Positions 19,145 to 30,750 of a stretch of DNA of 64,000 nucleotides are shown here, piece by piece (position 1 is the stretch's first letter; each line of letters begins with the position of its first letter). The notes below the pieces were generated by a model. That model had not been told where the DNA came from, did not search any database, and was given only the letters and a program-made list of their open reading frames with translations. Origin of the DNA: an uncultured Alphaproteobacteria bacterium (GTDB lineage Bacteria > Pseudomonadota > Alphaproteobacteria > Micropepsales > Micropepsaceae); assembly GCA_963837555.1 (NCBI GenBank), contig CAWINU010000009.1, positions 12,277-76,276 on the forward strand, in the 5' to 3' direction. The position numbers and the translations under genes were made by a program.

Positions 19145-20960
19145 TCTGCGGCTTCCTTGGCGCGTGCCATTCTGATGCGCTCCGATATGGCATTGATGAT
19201 GAAGCGCGCGGTGATCGGCGTGCCGTCATAATGCAGGATGGAAATGAACCGCGCCGGATCGATGGCGCATTCATTGACCAGCATTTTCTGCATCTGGGCG
19301 TCGCGATTCTGTTCAATAACGAAAACCTGATCGTGCCCGTTGATGAATTCGATCACTTCGTCGGCAAACGGAAAGGCCCGCAGCCGCAGTGTGTCCAGAG
19401 GTATATTCCTGGCCTCGAGCGCCGCCAGGGCTTCGTCCATGGCCGGCGCTGTCGAGCCGAAATAGATCGCGCCATATTTTGCGGGGGTCGCGGCCTTATG
19501 CAGCACCGGTCTGGGCACTACGGTCTTGGCGGTTTCGAATTTGCGCAAGAGACGCTGCATGTTGTCGACATAGACCGCGCCGTCTTCGCTGTATTTGGCA
19601 TAGCGGTCGCGGCTGGTGCCGCGGGTGAAATAGGCGCCGCGCCTGGGATGGGTACCGGGCAGCGTCCGGTAGGGAATGGCATCGCCGTCCACGTCCAGAT
19701 ACCGCCCAAATTCTTTGCCGGTTTCCAGCATGTCGTAGGTCATGATCTTGCCGCGGTCGTAGGTGCGCTTGTCGTCCCATTCCAGCGGCTTGCACAGCCA
19801 GTCGTTCATGCCGATATCCAGATCCAGCATGACGAATACCGGCGTCTGCAGCCGTTCGGCGATATCGAACGCGGACGCCGCCAATTCAAACGCCTCGCGC
19901 GGATCCTCGGGCAGCAGCAATACATGTTTGGTATCGCCATGGCTGGCATAGGCGCATAGCATGATGTCGGATTGCTGGGTGCGCGTCGGCATGCCCGTCG
20001 AAGGGCCGCCGCGCTGAATATCGAAAATCACCGCCGGAATTTCGGCAAAATAGGCCAGGCCGAAAATTCCTGCATCAGGGAAATGCCGGGGCCGCTGGTG
20101 GCGGTAAATGCGCGCGCGCCGTTCCAGCCCGCGCCGATCACCATGCCGATGGCGGCGATTTCGTCTTCGGCCTGTACGATGGCGTAATTGTTCTTCCCGG
20201 TCCTTGGGTCGACGCGAAATTTCTTGGCATGCGCCATGAAGGCTTCTGCCAGCGAGGTCGACGGCGTGATGGGATACCAGGCGCACACGGTGGCGCCGCC
20301 ATAGACCGCGCCCAGTCCGGCCGCGTCATTGCCCTGAATGAAGATACGGTCGCCGACTTTGTCGGATCGCTCCACCTTCAGCTTGCACATGCCTGCCAGG
20401 TTTTTCTTGGCGTAATCGTCGCCCAGCATGAATGGCCTGCACATTGGGAGCGATCAGCTTTTCCTTGCCCTTGAACTGTTCGCCCATCAGGCCTTCCACC
20501 ACGGTCAGCTCGATTCCGAAGAAGTTGCGGCCAGCGCCCCGACATAGATAATGTTCTTGAACAATTGCCGCTGGCGCGGATCGGTATAAGTGCGAATTGG
20601 AAAGCTCGGTGGCCGGCACGCCGATCAGATGGATATCGTCGCGCAGCTTCTGCGTCGTCAGCGGCTTGGTGGAATCGTAGAACAGGTAGCCGCCGGGATC
20701 GATGCTGGCGACATCCTTGTCCCAGGTCTGCGGGTTCATCGCCACCATCATGTCGACGCCGCCGCGCCGGCCCAGCCAGCCTTCGCCCGATACGCGCACT
20801 TCATACCAGGTCGGCAGGCCCTGAATATTGGATGGAAAGATATTGCGCGACGCCACCGGCACGCCCATGCGCAGGATGGAGCGGGCAAATAATTCGTTGG
20901 CGCTCGCCGACCCCGAACCATTGACGTTCGCGAATTTAACGACGAAATCGTTGATCGCTT

Positions 20961-20979
<19 letters not shown>
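19141..20979 (-). CDS. korA: 2-oxoacid:acceptor oxidoreductase alpha subunit, several frameshifts
   Basis: Pieces lie in different frames: NDFVVKFANVNGSGSASAN, WYPITPSTSLAE...QAEDEIAAIG...TATSGPGISLM, QRGGPSTGMPTRTQQSD...VIEQNRDAQM. Confidence 0.88.
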
Positions 20980-22758
<1,779 letters not shown>

Positions 22759-23041
22759 GCCCGATCGCGGCGCCGCCACTGGCTTTCCTTCAGCCGATAC
22801 AGAACTCATATCTGATGTTGAACTCCACGACCGCGCTTACTGTTCTTATCCGATCGACCCGCCCGCCGCTTGCCGGGCGTCACGCGCCATCCCTCTGATA
22901 GAACTATACTAATGCGCTCAAAGGAAGGTGCAACAGCATGCGCGCGCATTAAGACTTTAGCATTACCGTTACCGCCGGCTACAACGGCAACACGCTGTGT
23001 GCGCCGCAGCAAATCCGCGGAAACACAGGATTTATCTGCTA

Positions 23042-24341
23042 CTAGTCCACCGTGCCGCTGCCCTGCAGATATCCTTTTACGCGCGCATCCGGCATCAGCC
23101 AGGCAACCACAAACACCAGCAGGCAGAACGCGGATACATACCAGTAGAACCAGGACTTCATGGCCCATATCCTTGAAACCCAGCGCCACCGACTCCGCTG
23201 TGCCGCCGAATACCGCGTTGGCAAGCGCGTAGGACAGACCGACTCCGATGGCACGCGTCTCGGCCGGAAACAGTTCGGCTTTCACAATGCCGCCGATCGA
23301 GGTGTAAAAGCTGACAACCAGCAGTGCCGCCGTCACCAGCAGGAAGGCCAGCGCCGGACTTTGCACACTGCCCAGCGTCGCCAGCAATGGCACGGTCAAA
23401 GCCGCGGCAAGCGCGCCGAATGCCAGCAGCGAATTTTTCCGGCCGATGCTGTCGGAAATGAGTCCGAACACCGGCTGCACCAGCATAAACAGGAATAGCG
23501 CGCCGGTCATGATGGTGCTCGCCGTTGTCGCCTCAAGCCCGGCAGTGTTGACCAGATATTTCTGCATATAGGTGGTGTAGGTATAAAAACTCAGCGACCC
23601 GCCGGCGGTAAATCCCATGACTGTCAGCACGGCTCTTCGATGATTTTTCCATACGCCGGAAATCGTTCCAGCCGATTTGCGCGCCCGCGTTTCCGCCGTG
23701 GTGGTTTCTTCCAGCGCGCGTCTGAGAAACAGCGACACGATGGCGGCCAGTCCGCCGATGGCGAACGGAACACGCCAGCCCCAGGCTTTGAGTTGCGGCT
23801 CGTCGAGAAATTGCTGCAGCACCACCAGCACCAATAACGCCAGCAACTGCCCGCCGATCAGCGTGACATACTGAAACGAACTGAAAAATCCGCGCCGTCC
23901 TTCCAGCGCCACTTCGCTCATATAGGTCGCGGCCGCGCCATACTCCCCGCCCACCGACAGGCCCTGTACCAGCCGTGCGATCAGCAGCAGCAGAGCCGCA
24001 CCGTTGCCGAGCATTGCATAGGTCGGCATCGCCGCGATGGCGAAGGAGCCGGTGCACATCATGGATATGGAAAGCACCATGGCCGTGCGGCGTCCCTGCC
24101 GGTCGGCGATGCGGCCGAACAGCCAGGCGCCGATGGGCCGCATCAGAAAACCGGCGGCGAACACCAGAGCGGCATTCAGCAATTGCGCCGTCTGGTCGCC
24201 CTTGGGAAAAAATTCCGATGCGAAATACAGCGCCAGAAAGGAATAGACGTAGAAATCATACCATTCGACCAGATTGCCCGAGGCGCTGGCGACGATGGCC
24301 CAGATCCGCCGTCGGGTATCGCTCGAACCGGTCATCGTCAT
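23042..24341 (-). CDS. MFS metabolite:H+ symporter (alpha-ketoglutarate permease KgtP-like), frameshift near 23150
   Basis: [52 protein letters not shown]. The true C-terminus (WFYWYVS...GSGTVD) is in ORF 23042-23254. Confidence 0.9.
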
Positions 24342-24347
24342 GCCCCG

Positions 24348-26612
24348 CTAGCCGGAAACAGGCTTCTGAATCCAGAAACTATACATCTGGCCGAAAATAT
24401 CGGGATGCCTGTTTTCAAAATCCTGCCATTGCGCAAGCCTGGTCGCCGCCGGATCGTTGGAAAATTCCCTGCGATACGACGCCAGCGTGTCGCTGTCGGT
24501 CTCGAAGCCGATAAACACCAGTCCATGCTCTTGCAGAAACGCATCAATGGCGCTCAGCGTCACGCGATGCTCCTGCACATGGAAAAGCAGGTCGCGGCAC
24601 ATGCTGAGGGAATAGAAATCCTGCGAGCTGGTGGTTTTCTTGAACGTGCCTGCATTGTCCGTCTCCACCAGCTCCTGGCGGAAGCGGCGAATATCCCCGG
24701 CCGTCGTGCCATAGCCTTTTCGGCCAATCAGCGCGCGCAGGGTGACGATTTCCTGCCGCGCCAGTTCGCTGTAAAGGCCGATCCGCATGAAGCCGCCCGG
24801 CTTCAGCAGCGGCAGCAGTGCCGCCCATCCGGCCCAGGGGTCGGCCAGATGATGCAGCACGCCGACGCTCTCAATGACATCGAAGGATTGGCCCAGTCCG
24901 CCCAGCGCCAGAATATCGGCCTGGCCATACTCTATTCCGGCAATATTCAACGCGCGGGTCTTGCGCAGCGCATAGGCCAGACTGTTCAGGCTGAGATCGA
25001 CCGCCAGAATCCGCGAGGTTTGAAACTGCAGCGCCGTATCGATCGCCTGCTGGCCCGTGCCGCAACCGGCGCACAGAACGCTGACACTATCGCCCACCCC
25101 TGAGCGATCGAACGACGCCAGCGGATACCTGTGGGCCAGATAGCGCACCAGACTTGCCGGCTGTTCGATCAGTGGCGGCCGCACCCAGCGCGGATAAGGA
25201 TTTTCCTCATACTGGCTCCGCACCAGAATTGAAGTCGCGTCCTCGATATCTGTCATGCGCGCAATTTCCCGAGACAGTTTCCGCTCCTGCTCCGGCTCGG
25301 CAATTTGTTGCGTGAGCACGGCGCGCACGGCCTCGGGCCAATCCATCTCCAGCAGGCGGACGGCGTCCGGCAGCGACGACAGCGGAAAATAGGCGGCCAC
25401 CGCCAAAAGCCAAATGGCCGGGATCGGCGTCCCGGCCTGTAGTGCCGCGTCAAGCCGGACCCGCAGCGCCTCGGCTTTGCGCCCTTCGTCGTCTGTCAGT
25501 CCATAAACATATTCATTGATGAAACACTGGCGCGCCAGAGCGGCATCAAAATCCGAAACCGCCTGCGTGCCGTCATCCGCCTGCTGCGCCGCGCAGCCCC
25601 TGTCCAGCAGCGCGCGCCGCGCGCCGGTCAATACCCGCTCCAGCCGCCAGTCGGGGATAGGCGTGGTGACCAGCAGCGCGCGCAGCAGCGGATCGTCCGC
25701 AAATTGCGCCACGGGCTTTTCGGGATCGAGCATCACAAGACTGATGGCGGCGCGCGCCAATTCGCTTGGCCGTCCCCATGCCTCCTCCACCGCGCGGGTC
25801 ATCAGGGCGCGAAGATCCTTGTCGTCCCTCGTCCAGCGCATCGGACCGGCGCAGGCCACAAAGGTTCGCTTTGCCAGTACGGCGTCCGTCTGGTCCAAAA
25901 TCTGTTTTACAATGGCCAGCGCCTCGCCATGCTGGCCTGCCCTGCTGAACAGCAAGGCCAGATTGCAGGCGGCAACGACAAAATCCGGCTTCAGGATCAG
26001 CGCCTGGCGGAATGCCGCCGCCGCCCCTTGCGCGTTGCCTTGCGCCAGCAGTGCGCAGCCAAGACTGTAATGGGTTTCGGCCACATGCGGCATCTGCAAT
26101 AGAGCGTCCCGGAAGCAGGTCACGGACTCTTCCAGTTTGCCCTGCTCCATCAAAAGGCTGCCGAGATTGCTGCGCGCCTTTGCCAGGTTCGGCTGCAAAC
26201 CGAGCGCCTGCCTGTAAGCGGCAATCGCGTCGTCGATCTTGCCCTGCGCCGCCAGCGCGCCGCCGAGATTTTCATGCGCCGCCGCGAGGTCGGGCTGGCG
26301 CGTCAGCGCCTTTTTGTACGCTGCGACCGCGTCCTCCAGTTTGCCCAGGCCCAAAAGCGCATTGCCCAGACTGTTCTGGAAATTCGGCACCTGGGAATTT
26401 TGCGCAATGGCTTTGTGGATCAGATCCGCCGCAACATCGTGCTGCCCGACCTGATTGGCGAGCACGCCCATCAGATGCAGGCTATGGGCGTTGCGCGGAT
26501 CGACTTGCAGGATTTGGCGGTACAGCGCTTCGGCCTGGGCCAGACGCCCGGCCTGGTGATGCGCCAGGGCCGCGCTGAACATGCTCTGCAGGTCAGGCGT
26601 TCCTGTCTGCAT
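24348..26612 (-). CDS. TPR-repeat protein with C-terminal class I SAM-dependent methyltransferase
   Basis: About 7 TPR repeats, then CFINEYVY, QYEENPYPRW, VLCAGCGTGQ, GVLHHLADP, RDLLFHVQEH. Probable start ATG 26612. Confidence 0.9.
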   Translation of the reverse strand: MQTGTPDLQSMFSAALAHHQAGRLAQAEALYRQILQVDPRNAHSLHLMGVLANQVGQHDVAADLIHKAIAQNSQVPNFQNSLGNALLGLGKLEDAVAAYKKALTRQPDLAAAHENLGGALAAQGKIDDAIAAYRQALGLQPNLAKARSNLGSLLMEQGKLEESVTCFRDALLQMPHVAETHYSLGCALLAQGNAQGAAAAFRQALILKPDFVVAACNLALLFSRAGQHGEALAIVKQILDQTDAVLAKRTFVACAGPMRWTRDDKDLRALMTRAVEEAWGRPSELARAAISLVMLDPEKPVAQFADDPLLRALLVTTPIPDWRLERVLTGARRALLDRGCAAQQADDGTQAVSDFDAALARQCFINEYVYGLTDDEGRKAEALRVRLDAALQAGTPIPAIWLLAVAAYFPLSSLPDAVRLLEMDWPEAVRAVLTQQIAEPEQERKLSREIARMTDIEDATSILVRSQYEENPYPRWVRPPLIEQPASLVRYLAHRYPLASFDRSGVGDSVSVLCAGCGTGQQAIDTALQFQTSRILAVDLSLNSLAYALRKTRALNIAGIEYGQADILALGGLGQSFDVIESVGVLHHLADPWAGWAALLPLLKPGGFMRIGLYSELARQEIVTLRALIGRKGYGTTAGDIRRFRQELVETDNAGTFKKTTSSQDFYSLSMCRDLLFHVQEHRVTLSAIDAFLQEHGLVFIGFETDSDTLASYRREFSNDPAATRLAQWQDFENRHPDIFGQMYSFWIQKPVSG

Positions 26613-26645
26613 TGCCGTCCACCCCAATTCCATGCCCAAAAAGAG

Positions 26646-26735
26646 TGGCGGACAGGGTGAGATTCGAACTCACGGTACCCTTGCAGGTACGCCGCATTTC
26701 GAGTGCGGTGCATTCAACCACTCGACCACCTGTCC
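26646..26735 (-). tRNA. tRNA-Ser(CGA)
   Basis: Reverse complement GGACAGGTGGTCGAGTGGTTGAATGCA-CCGCA-CTCGAAA-TGCGG-long variable arm-GTTCGAATC-...CCTGTCCGCCA; 90 nt with encoded CCA. Confidence 0.97.
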
Positions 26736-27090
26736 GTTAGCGGGATCAGATACTTAAGAAGCTCACCAAGCGCAAGCCAGAGCACCCAATGGGGACGGGA
26801 CTGGGGGGACACGGGCTGGAATACGCCAAGGCGCCGCCCGCTTGGGGCGGGAATTTGACTGGGCTTTTCCGCGGCTGCGTTCGGTCGGAACTGCAAGTAC
26901 GGCGGCCCGGCGTTCCCGCGAAGCGGGCGTCACGCGATTGTATGACACGGATAGCTGTGCTTACATCAATTGCCTTCCGAGAGGCATGCCGTCCGCGCAA
27001 AGGGCAAAGCCCACTCGCCTGATTTTGGTTTTTACCTGACTTCCTGCCTGTCCCAGCGGACATCGGGCGCATAGGAAGAAGGGTACAGCC

Positions 27091-27522
27091 ATGACAGACA
27101 ACCGACGGTATCTCCCGCCTTCTCCGAGCCCGGATAATCTCCGCAAACAGGCTAAGGCACGTCTTGCCACACTCAGGCGTCACGCTCCGTCCACGCGGCT
27201 GGCCGAAGTTCAGCATTTGATCGCCCGCGAATACGGCTTTACTAACTGGAAAGAATTGCAGGCCGAAGTCGCCCGGCGACGGGAAAACCAATCTATTCGA
27301 TACCGGAAGTTTCGCCGCCATCGTCTGGGCATACCAGAACAAAGCCAGGATGGTGACGGTCCTCATATCCTGGATCATATGCTGACGGCAGCGGCTTCGG
27401 CTGCAATCTTCTGCATCATGGCGGGCGTGGGTGGCGGACTGATGTACCTGTCGAGATGGCCGCAGGCCGACGAATTGTCCGGACTGCGATACGGCCTGAC
27501 GCTACTGCACAAATTCCTCTGA
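27091..27522 (+). CDS. hypothetical protein: conserved-looking N-terminal helical motif plus C-terminal TM segment
   Basis: LPPSPSPDNLRKQAK...LAEVQHLIAREYGFTNWKEL, resembling a module I recall N-terminal to bacterial ankyrin-type proteins; strong RBS AGGAAGAAGG. Confidence 0.75.
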   Translation: MTDNRRYLPPSPSPDNLRKQAKARLATLRRHAPSTRLAEVQHLIAREYGFTNWKELQAEVARRRENQSIRYRKFRRHRLGIPEQSQDGDGPHILDHMLTAAASAAIFCIMAGVGGGLMYLSRWPQADELSGLRYGLTLLHKFL

Positions 27523-27581
27523 TCTCGCACCGCCACCTGGATAAGGACGGTGGCTAAAATTCGTTACAGGACCATGTCGTC

Positions 27582-28241
27582 ATGGAACCGATTATCTGTC
27601 TGCGAAATATAAATAAGCGCTATCGTATGGTGTCCGTGCTCGAAGGCTTTGACCTCGAAGTGCCAGTTGGCGAATTCCTTGCCATAATGGGGCCATCGGG
27701 CGTTGGAAAGACAACCATTCTCAACCTGATCGGCGGACTGGACAGGCCCAACAGCGGCGTTGTTGCTGTTGCCGGCACACGCATCGACGGACTTTCGCAA
27801 TCGGCCATGTCGCGATGGCGTGCACGCCATATCGGTATCGTTTTCCAATCGCACTATCTGATGCCCATGCTTACCGCAGCCGCCAATGTCGAATTGCCGT
27901 TGATGCTGACGCGCCTGCCCCGCGCAGAGCGCCGCGCAATAGTGGCGGCAGGGCTTGCGCGGGTCGGATTGTCCGACCGCGCCACGCACAAGCCGGGTCA
28001 ATTGTCGGGCGGACAACAGCAGCGTGTTGGAATTGCCCGCGCTCTGATCGCAGGCGCACCAATCCTGCTCTGTGACGAACCCACGGCCGGCCTGGACCGA
28101 CAAACCGCGGACTCCATTCTTTCGCTGCTGGCGGAATTGAGCCGCGATGGACGGACCATCGTGATGGTGACGCATGATCGTCAGGCCGCTGCTTTCGCCG
28201 ATCGCCAGCTTGAGCTCATGCCCCACGTCGCCGCGTCATGA
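27582..28241 (+). CDS. ABC transporter ATP-binding protein (LolD/MacB type)
   Basis: GPSGVGKT, LSGGQQQRVGIARAL, LCDEPT, VTHD. Confidence 0.92.
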   Translation: MEPIICLRNINKRYRMVSVLEGFDLEVPVGEFLAIMGPSGVGKTTILNLIGGLDRPNSGVVAVAGTRIDGLSQSAMSRWRARHIGIVFQSHYLMPMLTAAANVELPLMLTRLPRAERRAIVAAGLARVGLSDRATHKPGQLSGGQQQRVGIARALIAGAPILLCDEPTAGLDRQTADSILSLLAELSRDGRTIVMVTHDRQAAAFADRQLELMPHVAAS

Positions 28242-28804
28242 GCTATGCAAGCTTTATCTGGGCCAATCTGCGGCGTAGGCCTGTACACAACATATTGGGC
28301 GTAGTCGCCGCTACAATCGCCTTCACTCTCTACGGTCTGGCACTGGGAACGGCAGAAGGTTTGCGACAGGCAGCGGCGGCCCGCCATGCGGACATCGGTC
28401 AAGGCTTTATGCTTGGTGCGCTAGCAGTGTCAGCCATCGGCATGGCGTTGATCCTCTTCCTCACGGCCAACGCTATGGCACAATCGATACGGTTGCGTAT
28501 GGCCGAGTTCGGCCTGCTCAAGGCAATAGGCTTCCAGCATCGCATGATCATGGCTCTGGTGGCCGGGGAAACAGCGCTACCCTGTCTCGCCGGTGCGCTG
28601 CTCGGATTGATGGTAGCAAAATTGCTCTTTGCACTATTGGTGGCACTACTACCGGCTTTGGCAGCAATACCCGCTCCTGTCTATACCCCGGCGCTGCTGG
28701 CCGCCGCCGCGGCGTTGGCATTGTTCATCGGCGCAGCGAGCGCCGCACTTCCTGCTTCGCGCATCATCAGGATCGAAGTGGCATCGGCGCTGCGAGAAAT
28801 CTGA
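28238..28804 (+). CDS. short FtsX-like ABC permease lacking a periplasmic domain
   Basis: WANLRRRP, NAMAQSIRLRMAEFGLLKAIGF; 4 TM segments; 188 aa. Confidence 0.8.
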   Translation: MSYASFIWANLRRRPVHNILGVVAATIAFTLYGLALGTAEGLRQAAAARHADIGQGFMLGALAVSAIGMALILFLTANAMAQSIRLRMAEFGLLKAIGFQHRMIMALVAGETALPCLAGALLGLMVAKLLFALLVALLPALAAIPAPVYTPALLAAAAALALFIGAASAALPASRIIRIEVASALREI

Positions 28805-29966
28805 TCACGCAGACACTCAGACAGATCTTCGTTGCCACGCACCTGGAACTTTCCACACTTCCTGATCGCCTCAAGGGCGCCATGACTGTGGTTGTTGCAC
28901 TGGCGACTGTGACGCTGGTGATGAACCCGCTTCTGATCGTAGGCGACAGCTTTGCAAGTCCGCTTGTTGCCCAAAGCGATCCTTTGCGCGCTGTCGTATC
29001 GCTGAAGGGCGCGCGACGGGAACAGGAAAGCCGCCTGCCGGCCGCCTTGGTCGACGTCGTAAAGCGCGCGCCTGAGATTGCCCGACTGGCGAACGGCATG
29101 CTCATGGCAGACGCAGAGATTGACTACAGTCTGGGATGCCTGTCGGTGGCGCGGGGCAAAAATAAGATCTGTGCCACTCTGATTGGAATGGAACCCGCAG
29201 GCTTCATCATGCACGCCGAGCTGAAAGACTGTGACCGGCCGCCAGCCGCGCACCGGCCATCGTGAGATGATGGTTGGGGCGGCCCTGATGCACCTCGTTC
29301 CAGCGATTTCGATCGGAAAGACGATGCGCCTGCAGGGCCAGGATTGGCTGGTCACAGGAACATTCTCTGCCGGTTCGTTCCTCGATTTTGAAGCAGTGGG
29401 CCCCGCCGCAATGGTGCAGACGATCACGGGGAAACAGGATTTCAATATCATTGTAGTGCAGTTGAAAACGCAAATATTCCTTTGCGCGATTTAGCAATAC
29501 ACTGCTCTCCCAGCCCAGCATGCCAATTACAATTGAGCGGCAGGAGGAATATTACCGACGCGTTGCCACCGGATTGGGACGCGTTCCCATGACCATTGCC
29601 CATATTCTTGGCGTGCTGCTGGGACTGGGCGCGATGGCGGGCATTCTTCAAACCATGAATGTGGCCGTGGACGCGCGCGAGTACGAAATTTCGGTGTTGC
29701 GCGCCATCGGCTTCGACGGCATTGCCTTAGCAGCGGCGGTAACAATTGAAGCTATGTTGCTGGCAATTTGCGGCGCGTTACTAGGCTGTTTGGCGCTCTG
29801 GCTGTGGCTCGATGGCAACGCCTATCAGGGCATTCTTCCCCTATCCGTCACGCCGCTTCGGCTTGTCTTCGCGAGCCTATGGGCGCTGGGGATTGCACTG
29901 CTGGGAGCGTCCTTGCCCGCCATGCGCGCCACGCGCGTGGAAGCCGCAGAGGCCCTGAGGGGATAG
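28801..29966 (+). CDS. FtsX/MacB-like ABC permease, frameshifted near 29235 and 29480
   Basis: Three consecutive ORF pieces (28882-29265, 29231-29494, 29520-29966) with GRQPRTGHREMMVG and MNVAVDAREYEISVLRAIGF. Start approximate; may be a true pseudogene. Confidence 0.7.
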
Positions 29967-30109
29967 ATGGTCACGAGCACCGCATCAGTCCAGCCGGGCC
30001 GCCGCGATCACGACATTTTCAGGGGACTGGCGCCCGCCGCGGGACAATGTACTGGAAATCCGGTTGCCTACAGGTCTATGGAACAGTGTCCCAGGCGGAG
30101 TTGGCGCAG

Positions 30110-30721
30110 ATGAAGAACATGGTTTCCTACGCATTGTTCGGGGCAGTCGCCCTGGCGGCAGTCCCGGCACAGGCACATTTCAAGCTGCTGGAACCCGCGT
30201 CCTGGCTGGTCGAGAATGAGCGCGGTGATCCGCAAAAGGCCGCACCCTGCGGCGGCAGCAATACCGACTTCGGAACACCGAGCTATGCCGTTACCGACGT
30301 CAAGGGCGGAAGCGTGCTGCACATAAAAGTACAGGAAACAATTTATCACCCCGGCCATTTTCGCGTGGCACTGGCGGTCAATTCTCCCACGGAACTACCT
30401 CTCGATCCCAAGGCAACCACCACCACAAACGACAAGGGCGCGGTAATATCCGTATCGGGTGAAGTCATGAACCCGGTCGCGCCGCCCGTATTAGCCGATG
30501 GTCTGTTTCAGCACGACGCCAAATCGGATCAGCCTTTCGAAACCGACGTCACCGTGCCCAACATCGATTGCAAAGGCTGCACGTTGCAGGTGATCCAGTT
30601 CATGGAACAGCATGGCGCCAACAATCCGGGGATGTTCACCTATCACCACTGCGCCACGCTGCGCATCACGGCGGATCCAACCAAGCCGACCGACCAGCGC
30701 TGGCCCAAGGAACGGAATTAG
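30110..30721 (+). CDS. secreted His1 protein, polysaccharide monooxygenase-like (SCE4755-type)
   Basis: Signal peptide ending AQA followed by His as mature residue 1 (HFKLLEP), then PCGG, YHPGHFRVAL, CKGCTLQVIQFM, YHHCA. Confidence 0.8.
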   Translation: MKNMVSYALFGAVALAAVPAQAHFKLLEPASWLVENERGDPQKAAPCGGSNTDFGTPSYAVTDVKGGSVLHIKVQETIYHPGHFRVALAVNSPTELPLDPKATTTTNDKGAVISVSGEVMNPVAPPVLADGLFQHDAKSDQPFETDVTVPNIDCKGCTLQVIQFMEQHGANNPGMFTYHHCATLRITADPTKPTDQRWPKERN

Positions 30722-30750
30722 CGGATTACTGCCGCCAGTTTCGCAACGCC

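Noticed and set aside
26995-27060. c-di-GMP-I riboswitch suggested by GGGCAAAGCCC
   Set aside because: The remaining consensus (GNRA-capped P2 with its receptor in P3) is not evident; kept only as an unknown structured leader.
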